Sequence record: SRR20825006_1783
Strand: one strand, 5' to 3'
DNA: 44,553 nt
Shown one piece after another: positions 35,358 through 44,187 of the stretch. How positions within the stretch are numbered: position 1 is the stretch's first letter; the number at the start of each line of letters is the position of its first letter. The notes under the pieces are model-generated. The model worked only from the letters and a program-made list of their open reading frames with translations. It was not told the DNA's origin and made no database searches. The translations under genes were made by a program, and so were the position numbers.

Positions 35358-35396
35358 TGGCGTAAACTATCGGAAAAATGACGCGCCGCGCAATGG
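35358..35396 (+). promoter_or_regulatory. Candidate AraC-family activator site upstream of tynB-like gene
   Basis: TGGCGTAAACTATCGGAAAAATGACGCGCCGCGCAATGG; twin of the tctC site; half-sites TGGCG and TGACG 21 bp apart. Confidence 0.65.
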
Positions 35397-35494
35397 GCAA
35401 ACCTGTCTGCAATCTCGTTTCTGGTCATCAGATCGTCGCCCGTGTTCATTCGGAACCATGGCGGCCCATGACACAGCGACCAAAAGAGAGCCCT

Positions 35495-36634
35495 ATGACA
35501 GACTTGCCCAAAATCGATTTCATCTACCTCAATGAACAAGACATGATCAAAGCAGGCGTGACCGATATGGCCGGTTGCGTGGATGCCATGGAGGACATGT
35601 TCGTCCTGCTGCACAAAGGCGATTATCGCATGGCGGGCGCGAACAATGACAGCCACGGTGCGATGGTGGTTTTTCCCGAAAATTCGCCCTTTCCCAACAT
35701 GCCAAAACCCACGGCGGATCGCCGTTTCATGGCGATGCCGGCCTATCTTGGTGGCGCGTATGGCACCACCGGTGTGAAATGGTATGGCTCCAACATTGCC
35801 AACCGGGACAAGGGCCTGCCGCGGTCCATTCTGATGTTCACGCTCAACGATACCGATACGGGTGCGCCGCTGGCGATCATGTCGGCAAACCTGTTGTCGG
35901 CTTACCGCACGGGCGCGGTGCCGGGGGTCGGCGCCCGTCATCTGGCACGCAAAGACTCGAAAGTGGTGGCGGTCTATGGTCCCGGCGTGATGGGCAAAAC
36001 CTCCCTTGCGGCTTTCATGGTGGCGTGTCCGGGCATTGACACTTTGAAAATTCAGGGCCGGGGCCAAAAGAGCCTCGACAGTTTCATCTCCTGGACCAAA
36101 GAGACCTATCCGCAGATCACCAACATCGAGATCGTCACCGACATCGAAACCCTCGTGCGCGGTTCTGACATTGTGACCTATTGCGCCTCTGGCGAGACCG
36201 GTGACGTGTCGAAATACCCGATTGTGAAACGCGACTGGCTCAAACCCGGTGCGTTTCTGTCGATGCCCGCGTCCTGCGAAATTGACGAGGGCATGGAGCA
36301 AAAAGACGTGCGCAAGGTGATGGATAACATCGGCCTCTATGAGGCGTGGTTCGAAGAGCTGCCGAAACCCGCCCACGTCCACGTTCCGGTCATTGGTGTG
36401 CGGTTCATGGACATGATCCATGAGGGTAAAATGACCCATGATGATCTCGAAGACCTCGGTGATATTTGTGCGGGGGCCACTCCGGGTCGGCAAAATGATG
36501 AGGAGATCATCATGCTCTCCGTTGGCGGGATGCCGGTCGAAGATGTGGCTTGGGGTACAACCGTTTACCGCACTGCGATCGCCAAAGGCATCGGCACCAA
36601 GCTCAACCTGTGGGACGTGCCTGTTCTGCGTTGA
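35495..36634 (+). CDS. tynB: Ornithine cyclodeaminase/mu-crystallin family protein, tyramine oxidase subunit B (TynB)-like
   Basis: IDFIYLNEQDMI.AGV.DM..C, GDYRMAGANNDSHG, RFMAMPAYLGG, KWYGSN, MSANLLSAYRTGA, GPGVMG, SVGGMPVEDVAW. ATG 35495 with SD GAGAG. Confidence 0.8.
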   Translation: MTDLPKIDFIYLNEQDMIKAGVTDMAGCVDAMEDMFVLLHKGDYRMAGANNDSHGAMVVFPENSPFPNMPKPTADRRFMAMPAYLGGAYGTTGVKWYGSNIANRDKGLPRSILMFTLNDTDTGAPLAIMSANLLSAYRTGAVPGVGARHLARKDSKVVAVYGPGVMGKTSLAAFMVACPGIDTLKIQGRGQKSLDSFISWTKETYPQITNIEIVTDIETLVRGSDIVTYCASGETGDVSKYPIVKRDWLKPGAFLSMPASCEIDEGMEQKDVRKVMDNIGLYEAWFEELPKPAHVHVPVIGVRFMDMIHEGKMTHDDLEDLGDICAGATPGRQNDEEIIMLSVGGMPVEDVAWGTTVYRTAIAKGIGTKLNLWDVPVLR

Positions 36635-36667
36635 TTTGAGTATCCATTTGAAACAGAAAGAAAAAAC

Positions 36668-37090
36668 ATGACAAAAATTGTCAAAGTTAAAACCGGTGCC
36701 AAGCTGGAACAGCTCAGCAGCTATTCCCGCATTGTGATGGTCGACAACTGGATTTCGGTGTCGAACACCGCCGGGCGCAACCCGCAGACCAAAGAGATTC
36801 CCGAAGACCTGCGCGAACAGACGCTTCAGGTGTTTGAGAATATCGAAAATGCGCTCAAAGCCGTGGGATCGGGACTTGAGGATGTGATCTCGACCCGCGT
36901 GTTCATCCAAACGCCCAGCGACACCCCGGCTGTGATGGAGATTTTCGGCGAAAAATTTCGTGGCGTTGATCCAACCACCACGGTGACCTGTCCGCCGCTT
37001 GGCTCCTCTGTCTACAAAGTTGAGATCGAGGTCAGCGCCTACCGCGGCGCGTCCAAAGCCGAGATCGAATACATCGACACGTCGCTTTGA
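36668..37090 (+). CDS. Rid (YjgF/YER057c/UK114) family protein, non-RidA subfamily
   Basis: YSRIVMVDNWISVSNTAG, EQT.QVFENIE.AL, LEDV, KVEIEVSA. The catalytic Arg position appears to be Thr. Confidence 0.85.
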   Translation: MTKIVKVKTGAKLEQLSSYSRIVMVDNWISVSNTAGRNPQTKEIPEDLREQTLQVFENIENALKAVGSGLEDVISTRVFIQTPSDTPAVMEIFGEKFRGVDPTTTVTCPPLGSSVYKVEIEVSAYRGASKAEIEYIDTSL

Positions 37091-37123
37091 TCGCTCCACA
37101 TCCCCTCTTTCAAGGACTGCCCC

Positions 37124-38416
37124 ATGGCCCCCAAAACCGCCCCCGTCCAAACCGCCACTGAGGCACCTAAATCCACCTCTGTTGTCATCATCGGCGGTGG
37201 AATTGTCGGGGTGACGGCGGCTTTGACCCTCGCGGAGCGCGGGGTCTCCGTCACCGTTTTGGAAAAGGGCCGGGTCGCGGGCGAACAATCCTCGCGCAAT
37301 TTGGGCTGGATTCGGAAAACATCGCGTGCGCCGAAAGATGTGCCGATGTCTTTGGCCTCGGATGCGCTTTGGGCGACGATGGCGCAGCGTACGGGCGTGG
37401 ATGTCGGGTATCGGCAAGAGGGCATTTTATTCGCCGCCAAAACTGAGGCAGAAATGGAGATGCATCGCGCATGGCTTGCCTCGGTGGCGGAGTATAACCT
37501 CGACAGTCGGATGGTGACGGACAAAGAGATTGCGGAGCTGGTTCCGGGGGGAGGGACGTCTTGGGCCGGGGGGATTTACACCCCCTCGGATGGCTACGCC
37601 GAACCGACGATTGCCCCGATCGCCATTGCAAATGCCGCCGTCGCCAAAGGGGCTGTGATCGTCGACAACTGCGCGGTGCGCACACTGGTGCGGTCTGCCG
37701 GGAAAGTCAGCGGTGTGGTGACGGAAAAAGGCGAAGTCTCCTGTGATCATGTCATCCTCGCGGCTGGGCTTTGGTCGCGCAAATTCTTGGGCAATATGGG
37801 GGTCTCTTTCCCGACTTTGCCTTTGGTCTGTTACGCCATTCGCACCGCGCCCATGGAGGGGCCGACACATATCGCCGTGGGGACGCCGGATATGTCGTTC
37901 CGCAAGCGGATGGATGGGGGCTTTACGGTCTGTCAACGCGGTGCGGTGGGGTCGCCTTTGGTTCTTGACCATGCGCTTTTGGGGATGAAATACCTGCCGA
38001 TGTTCAAACATGGCCGCAACATGTTGCGTATTTCTTTGGGGCGAGAGTTTATCGAAGATTTCAAACTCGCGCGGCGCTGGTCGCCTGATCGCATGTCGCC
38101 ATTCGAGAAAGTGCGTACCATGGACCCGCGTGTGAATACCGGTATCAATGCCGAAGCGATGGCCAATATCAAAACCTACTGGCCAGCTTTTGCGGAGATC
38201 AAATCCGCTGAAGAATGGGGCGGCACGATGGATATCACGCCGGATTCGCTACCCGTCATTGGTGGGATCGACGGGGTTGGAGGGCTCACGCTTGCCACGG
38301 GTTTTTCAGGCCATGGGTTTGGCACTTCGCCTGCGGCAGGGCAACTTGCCGCCGATTTGGTGATGGGCGTCCCACCGATTATTGACCCAAGCCCCTATCG
38401 GTTTGATCGGTTTTGA
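37124..38416 (+). CDS. FAD-dependent oxidoreductase of the DadA/DAO family (TynA-like amine or amino-acid dehydrogenase)
   Basis: VVIIGGGIVG, EKGRVAGEQSSRNLGWIR, WGG.MDITPDSLPVI, ATGFSGHGFG.SPAAG. Confidence 0.85.
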   Translation: MAPKTAPVQTATEAPKSTSVVIIGGGIVGVTAALTLAERGVSVTVLEKGRVAGEQSSRNLGWIRKTSRAPKDVPMSLASDALWATMAQRTGVDVGYRQEGILFAAKTEAEMEMHRAWLASVAEYNLDSRMVTDKEIAELVPGGGTSWAGGIYTPSDGYAEPTIAPIAIANAAVAKGAVIVDNCAVRTLVRSAGKVSGVVTEKGEVSCDHVILAAGLWSRKFLGNMGVSFPTLPLVCYAIRTAPMEGPTHIAVGTPDMSFRKRMDGGFTVCQRGAVGSPLVLDHALLGMKYLPMFKHGRNMLRISLGREFIEDFKLARRWSPDRMSPFEKVRTMDPRVNTGINAEAMANIKTYWPAFAEIKSAEEWGGTMDITPDSLPVIGGIDGVGGLTLATGFSGHGFGTSPAAGQLAADLVMGVPPIIDPSPYRFDRF

Positions 38417-38504
38417 GACTCAAATCCCACCGGGGCGGCGATTTTGGACTGGGTGCATTTTCGAAACGATGTACGGCCAAATATGTCGACGGTGGGGCAG
38501 GGGG

Positions 38505-39284
38505 CTATTCCGTCTCTCGTTCAAGCCGGCTCACATGTATTTGGGTCGCCCACATCGCACACAGGTCTTCCAAAGGGCGAGGGACCGGCGCGTCGGTAAA
38601 GAAGTCGTCGATCTCCGAGAGGGAGGCGATCCGGGCAGGGGCGGTACGTTTGAGCTTGGTGTGATCCGCAACCAACATGGTGCGGCGAGACTGATGCAGG
38701 ATCGTTTGACTGACGCCGACTTCGCGCAGATCAAAGTCCAAAATGTCGCCGTCTTGATCAATGGCGGAACACCCGATGACACCGATGTCGAACTTGAATT
38801 GCCGGATCGCGGCGGTTGTGATGTCCCCGATCAGCCCGCCATCGGATTGGCGCAGTGATCCTCCGGTCACAAGCACCTCACAATCTGGGTTTCGAGTCAA
38901 AATATTGGCCACGTTCATGTTATTGGTGACAACCATGAGATTGCGATGATGCAGCAACTCAGCCGCGACCGCCTCCGTACTTGTTCCTATGTTGAGGAAA
39001 ATCGCACAGTTTTCGGGGATCATCGCGGCACAGGCCTGTGCCATGGCGATCTTTCCTCCCGCATTCAGCCGCCGCCGCTCTTGATAAGCGATGTTGACCG
39101 TGCCGGACGGCAACACCGCGCCGCCGTGAACACGCTCCAACCTCCCGGCATTGGCCAACTCGCTCAGATCGCGGCGGATCGTTTGTAATGTGACGCCAAG
39201 ATGCTCCGCAAGATGTTCGACCGTCACTTTCCCGTCCCGTCGGGCAATATCAAGGATCTCAGGGAAGCGGATGTTTTGCGACAT
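38505..39284 (-). CDS. glpR: DeoR/GlpR-family repressor of the glycerol locus
   Basis: HTH LAEHLGVTLQTIRRDL, RVHGGA, NIGTSTEAVA, VTNNMNVA. Divergent from glpD. ATG 39284. Confidence 0.88.
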   Translation of the reverse strand: MSQNIRFPEILDIARRDGKVTVEHLAEHLGVTLQTIRRDLSELANAGRLERVHGGAVLPSGTVNIAYQERRRLNAGGKIAMAQACAAMIPENCAIFLNIGTSTEAVAAELLHHRNLMVVTNNMNVANILTRNPDCEVLVTGGSLRQSDGGLIGDITTAAIRQFKFDIGVIGCSAIDQDGDILDFDLREVGVSQTILHQSRRTMLVADHTKLKRTAPARIASLSEIDDFFTDAPVPRPLEDLCAMWATQIHVSRLERETE

Positions 39285-39574
39285 AAAGAGGCTTTCGGTT
39301 TGGTGTGAGGCGATCCTGCTTTGCAATTGTCCTGTGCGGCGGAATCAAAGGGCTGAATGGCCATTGAGCTCAGGCTCGGCCATGTTCGTTTCTGCGTGGT
39401 TTTAGCATCTATCGTTTATTTCTACGATAAAATGCGCAATTCTCAATTCTTTTTCTCTGTAAATTCAGGGCGTTTTCGCAATTTTTACAAAAACCGAAAA
39501 AAATCGAAAATAAACATTTTCTTTTTAGCGCGACTTTGTCACAGTGCTGTCATCAGGGTTTGGGAGGATCCAAC

Positions 39575-41158
39575 GTGAGCGAGAATGCGCAGATCTGCGA
39601 TTTGCTGGTGATTGGCGGCGGCATCAATGGCTGTGGAATTGCCCGTGACGCCGCAGGTCGCGGATTAAGTGTGACGCTGGCCGAAATGTCGGATCTGGCC
39701 TCTGCGACCTCTTCCGCCTCGACCAAACTGTTTCATGGTGGGTTGCGGTATCTTGAGTATTTCGAATTTCGTTTGGTCCGCGAGGCATTGATCGAACGCG
39801 AAACCCTTTTGCGGGCAATGCCACATATCAGTTGGCCGATGCGGTTTGTTTTGCCGTACCAAAAGGATATGCGGTTTGAGAGTGACACGCCCACCTCAAA
39901 ACTGCTGTCCCTGTTCATGCCATGGATGAAAGGGCGTCGCCCGGCTTGGCTGATCCGGCTTGGGTTGTTGATGTACGACACTTTGGGGGGGCGGCAAATC
40001 CTCCCCGGCACCAAAACGCTTGATCTCAAGCATGGACCAGAAGGCGCACCACTCAAACCCCTCTTTGCCAAGGCCTATGAATATAGCGATTGCTGGGTCG
40101 AGGATTCACGCCTTGTGGTTTTGAACGCGCGCGACGCGGTGGCGCGGGGTGCCAAAATCCTCCCTCGGACCAAAGTTGTGTCCGCCAAATCCGAGGGTGG
40201 CATCTGGACCGTGACGCTCAAAGATGTCGAAACCGGAGGCACTCACGAGATGCGCGCCCGTATGGTTGTCAACGCGGGCGGCCCATGGGTCGGTCAAATC
40301 TTGCGTCAACAAATCGGCTCCAACAGCACCGACAATATTCGCCTTGTGCGCGGCAGCCACATCGTCACCAAGCGTTTGTTTGATCATGACAAATGCTATT
40401 TTTTCCAAGGCACGGACGGGCGGATCATGTTCGCGATCCCCTATGAGACGGATTTCACCCTGATCGGCACCACCGACAATGAGCATAGCGACCTGTCGCA
40501 AAATCCGGTCTGCACGCCCGAAGAAAAGCGCTACATGATTGAGTTTGTGAACGCCTATTTGAAAGAGCCAATCCGCGACGAGGACATCGTCTGGACCTAT
40601 TCCGGTGTGCGCCCGCTTTATGATGATGGTGCGAGTTCTGCGACGGCGGCGACGCGTGATTACACCCTTAAGATCGACGACAGTGCTGGCGCACCGGCGC
40701 TTCATATTTTTGGCGGCAAGATCACGACCTACCGCCGCCTCGCCGAAAGCGCGCTTGAAAAAATCGGCACCCGTCTGACCGTGGCGCAAGGCCCATGGAC
40801 CGCAGGGGTTGCCATGCCCGGTGGGGATTTTCCCGTCGATGGGGTCGAACCTCTTATCACCGATCTGCGTCACATCTATCCCTTCCTCGATGATCGCTGG
40901 GCGCGCCGTCTCATCCGCGCCTATGGCACCGAGGCCCGCGATGTTTTGGGCGCGGCCAAAACGATTGAGGATCTTGGCCAGGATTTCGGTGCAACATTGA
41001 CCGCCGCAGAGGTCAACTGGCTTATGGACCGCGAATTTGCCCGGACCGCAGAGGATGTTCTGTGGCGGCGCAGCAAATTGGGCCTGCGCAGCGTAGAGGC
41101 CAGTGCCCTCGAAACCTACATGACCGAGCGCCGCGCACACGCAAAGGACATTGCATGA
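39575..41158 (+). CDS. glpD: FAD-dependent glycerol-3-phosphate dehydrogenase
   Basis: IGGGINGCGIARDAAGRG, TSSASTKLFHGGLRYLE, YSGVRPL, GGKITTYR, WRRSKLGL. GTG start with SD GGAGG. Confidence 0.95.
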   Translation: MSENAQICDLLVIGGGINGCGIARDAAGRGLSVTLAEMSDLASATSSASTKLFHGGLRYLEYFEFRLVREALIERETLLRAMPHISWPMRFVLPYQKDMRFESDTPTSKLLSLFMPWMKGRRPAWLIRLGLLMYDTLGGRQILPGTKTLDLKHGPEGAPLKPLFAKAYEYSDCWVEDSRLVVLNARDAVARGAKILPRTKVVSAKSEGGIWTVTLKDVETGGTHEMRARMVVNAGGPWVGQILRQQIGSNSTDNIRLVRGSHIVTKRLFDHDKCYFFQGTDGRIMFAIPYETDFTLIGTTDNEHSDLSQNPVCTPEEKRYMIEFVNAYLKEPIRDEDIVWTYSGVRPLYDDGASSATAATRDYTLKIDDSAGAPALHIFGGKITTYRRLAESALEKIGTRLTVAQGPWTAGVAMPGGDFPVDGVEPLITDLRHIYPFLDDRWARRLIRAYGTEARDVLGAAKTIEDLGQDFGATLTAAEVNWLMDREFARTAEDVLWRRSKLGLRSVEASALETYMTERRAHAKDIA

Positions 41159-42243
41159 CACTTGAACTTGATGACGTCAGCTATGTTGCTGGCGGCAAGA
41201 CCTTTATCTACCCAACCAATCTGACGCTTGAAAACGGCACAATGAACGTGCTGTTGGGGCCAACCTCGTCGGGTAAAACGACCTTGATGCGCCTGATGGC
41301 GGGGCTCGATGTGCCGACCAAGGGGCGCATTCGCTGGAACGGTGAGGATGTAACCGGACAACGCGTCCAGGATCGCAAAATCGCGATGGTCTATCAGCAA
41401 TTCATCAACTACCCGGCGATGACGGTTTACGACAACATTGCCTCGCCGATGAAGCTGATGGGGCTTGAGACAGCAGAGATTGACAGTCGTGTGCGCAAGA
41501 CGGCGGAGTTGATGCAACTGACCCCGATGCTGGATCGCAAGCCGCTTGAACTCTCGGGCGGTCAGCAACAGCGCTGTGCTTTGGCACGGGCCTTGGTCAA
41601 AAATGCCGGTCTGGTGTTGCTTGATGAACCCCTTGCGAACTTGGATTACAAATTGCGCGAAGAGTTGCGCGCCGAAATCCCGCGCATCTTTGCAGAAGCC
41701 GGGTCGATTTTTGTCTATGCCACCACGGAGCCGGAAGAAGCCCTGTTGCTGGGCGGCAATTGCGCGACCCTTTGGGAGGGCCGGATGACACAATTCGGCC
41801 CGACGGCTCAAGTCTATCGTAACCCGAAGGATGCCACGACCGCACGCGTATTTTCCGATCCGCCGATGAATTTCCTGCATGTGGAAAAACGCGGCGATTT
41901 GATGCATTTTGGTCATCAAGAAAGCATCCCTGCGGTGGGCGAACATGTCGCCGACGGCAAATATATGCTCGGGTTTCGGCCCAACCACCTTTCGTTGGAG
42001 CCGGGCGACGGCAAGCTTGGTTTTGATGCGACGCTTGGCGTGATGGAACTTACCGGCTCGGAAACCTTTGTGCATCTGTCGCATTTTGACGCGAAATGGG
42101 TCGGTTTGATCCATGGTGTGCGCGATCTGAAGCCGGGTCAAAAGCTGCCCGTCTATCTCGATACATCGCGGATTTATCTGTTTGCTGAGGACGGCACGCT
42201 TGTCGCCTCTGCCCCTTATGCGGAGACGGTGTCACATGGCTAA
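41155..42243 (+). CDS. Glycerol ABC transporter ATP-binding subunit (rhizobial GlpS-like)
   Basis: GPTSSGKTT, MVYQQFINYP, LSGGQQQR, DEPLANLDYKLREELR; ATGA overlap with glpD. Confidence 0.9.
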   Translation: MTLELDDVSYVAGGKTFIYPTNLTLENGTMNVLLGPTSSGKTTLMRLMAGLDVPTKGRIRWNGEDVTGQRVQDRKIAMVYQQFINYPAMTVYDNIASPMKLMGLETAEIDSRVRKTAELMQLTPMLDRKPLELSGGQQQRCALARALVKNAGLVLLDEPLANLDYKLREELRAEIPRIFAEAGSIFVYATTEPEEALLLGGNCATLWEGRMTQFGPTAQVYRNPKDATTARVFSDPPMNFLHVEKRGDLMHFGHQESIPAVGEHVADGKYMLGFRPNHLSLEPGDGKLGFDATLGVMELTGSETFVHLSHFDAKWVGLIHGVRDLKPGQKLPVYLDTSRIYLFAEDGTLVASAPYAETVSHG

Positions 42244-43318
42244 GATCACACTTGAGAACCTTGCGCATTCCTATTTGCCGGACCCAAAGAGTGAAAACGA
42301 CTTTGCGCTCAAAGAGTTGAACCATGATTGGGCCGATGGTGAGGCCTATGCGCTTTTGGGCTCATCCGGCTGCGGCAAGTCCACGCTTTTGAACATCATT
42401 TCCGGCCTGTTGATCCCCTCACAAGGTCGGGTGTTGTTCGATGGCACCGATGTGACGATGTCGCCCACGGCAGACCGCAACATCGCGCAGGTGTTTCAGT
42501 TCCCTGTTGTTTACGACACGATGACTGTGCGGCAAAACCTTGCGTTCCCGCTAAAAAACCGGGGTATGGACGCAGCCGAGATCAAACGTCGCGTGCAGCG
42601 CGTCGGTAAGATGATTGATATGGAAGCGGAGCTGGATCACAAAGCGCGCGGCCTGACGGCAGATGCAAAACAAAAGATTTCGCTTGGGCGCGGCATGGTG
42701 CGCGAGGACGTTAATGCGCTCTTGTTTGATGAACCCCTGACCGTGATTGACCCGCATATGAAATGGGAATTGCGCACCCAACTCAAGCAACTGCATCAGG
42801 ATTTCGGGCACACAATGATCTATGTGACCCACGACCAAACCGAGGCGCTGACCTTTGCGGATAAGGTCGTCGTTATGTATGACGGTCGCGTCGTTCAAAT
42901 TGGCACGCCACAAGACCTGTTCGAACGCCCTGCACATACTTTTGTGGGCTATTTTATCGGATCGCCCGGCATGAACCTGTTTGAGGCCATAATTGAGGGC
43001 GCCACGGCCCGCGTTGGCGATACCACTGTCGAGCTGGGGGGCACCTATGTGGCAAGCGGCAAAACACAGCTTGGCGTGCGCCCTGAATTCATCCGGCTGA
43101 GCGCGGGCGGCACGGGTATTCCTGCGCAGATCAACCGCGTCGAAGATGTCGGGCGTCACAAGATTGTCCGCCTGACCGTCGAGGGGCGCGAAACCAACGC
43201 GGTCATCGGGGAGGGGGTCGACATTCCCGCAGGGACGGACCGGATCAGTTTTGCGCCCGAAGGGATCAATGTTTACGCCAATGACTGGCGCATCAGTGCA
43301 AAAGGGGACGCCGCATGA
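42236..43318 (+). CDS. Glycerol ABC transporter ATP-binding subunit 2 (rhizobial GlpT-like)
   Basis: GSSGCGKST, QVFQFPVVYDTM, degenerate signature LTADAKQKISLGRG, DEPLTVIDPH. Confidence 0.9.
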   Translation: MAKITLENLAHSYLPDPKSENDFALKELNHDWADGEAYALLGSSGCGKSTLLNIISGLLIPSQGRVLFDGTDVTMSPTADRNIAQVFQFPVVYDTMTVRQNLAFPLKNRGMDAAEIKRRVQRVGKMIDMEAELDHKARGLTADAKQKISLGRGMVREDVNALLFDEPLTVIDPHMKWELRTQLKQLHQDFGHTMIYVTHDQTEALTFADKVVVMYDGRVVQIGTPQDLFERPAHTFVGYFIGSPGMNLFEAIIEGATARVGDTTVELGGTYVASGKTQLGVRPEFIRLSAGGTGIPAQINRVEDVGRHKIVRLTVEGRETNAVIGEGVDIPAGTDRISFAPEGINVYANDWRISAKGDAA

Positions 43319-44187
43319 ACAAGACCGTCAATCAAAAAGCATGGTTCCTTGTCCTGCCCGTGCTGATCTTGGTCGCCTTTTCCGCCGTCATCCCATTGAT
43401 GACCGTGGTGAACTATTCTGTCCAAGACACGTTCGGCAACAATCAGTTCTTCTGGGCGGGCCTCGATTGGTTTGATGACATGTTGCATTCGGATCGGATG
43501 TGGAACGCGCTTGGGCGTCAGCTGATGTTCTCCGGCATCATTTTGGCCATTGAAGTGCCGCTGGGGATTTATGTCGCGCTGCACATGCCGAAAAAGGGCT
43601 TTTGGTCCTCGTTCTGTCTTGTGTTGATGTCGCTGCCTTTGTTGATCCCGTGGAACGTGGTGGGCACCATTTGGCAAATCTTTGGCCGCGTCGACATTGG
43701 GCTTTTGGGCCACGCGCTGGACGCGCTGGGTGTGGATTACAACTACACCCAAGATACGATGGACGCGTGGATCACTGTGATCGTGATGGACGTCTGGCAC
43801 TGGACCTCGCTCGTGGCGCTTCTGGCCTATGCTGGTCTGCGGTCGATCCCTGATGCCTATTATCAAGCGGCTAAAATCGACCAAGCCAGCCGCTGGGCCG
43901 TGTTTCGCTACATCGAATTGCCCAAGATGGCGGGCGTGTTGATGATTGCGATCCTGCTGCGCTTTATGGACAGCTTTATGATCTACACCGAGCCTTTCGT
44001 TTTGACCGGGGGCGGTCCGGGCAATGCGACCACCTTCCTCTCCATCGACCTTGTGAAAATGGCCTTGGGGCAATTTGATCTTGGACCCGCTGCTGCCTTT
44101 AGCCTGATGTATTTCCTGACGATTATGGCGATCAGCTGGGTGTTCTACACGGTGATGACCACGATTGACAAAAGGGATGGCAAGTAA
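43315..44187 (+). CDS. Glycerol ABC transporter permease (rhizobial GlpP-like)
   Basis: MNKTVNQKAWFLVLP, PLMTVVNYSVQDTF, MDVWHWT, LRFMDSF. Confidence 0.9.
   Translation: MNKTVNQKAWFLVLPVLILVAFSAVIPLMTVVNYSVQDTFGNNQFFWAGLDWFDDMLHSDRMWNALGRQLMFSGIILAIEVPLGIYVALHMPKKGFWSSFCLVLMSLPLLIPWNVVGTIWQIFGRVDIGLLGHALDALGVDYNYTQDTMDAWITVIVMDVWHWTSLVALLAYAGLRSIPDAYYQAAKIDQASRWAVFRYIELPKMAGVLMIAILLRFMDSFMIYTEPFVLTGGGPGNATTFLSIDLVKMALGQFDLGPAAAFSLMYFLTIMAISWVFYTVMTTIDKRDGK

Noticed and set aside
35195-37417. 740-aa minus-strand ORF, the longest in the track
   Set aside because: Antisense shadow of the tynB-like, rid and flavoprotein genes; no recognisable motifs; long antisense frames are expected with GC-biased codon usage.
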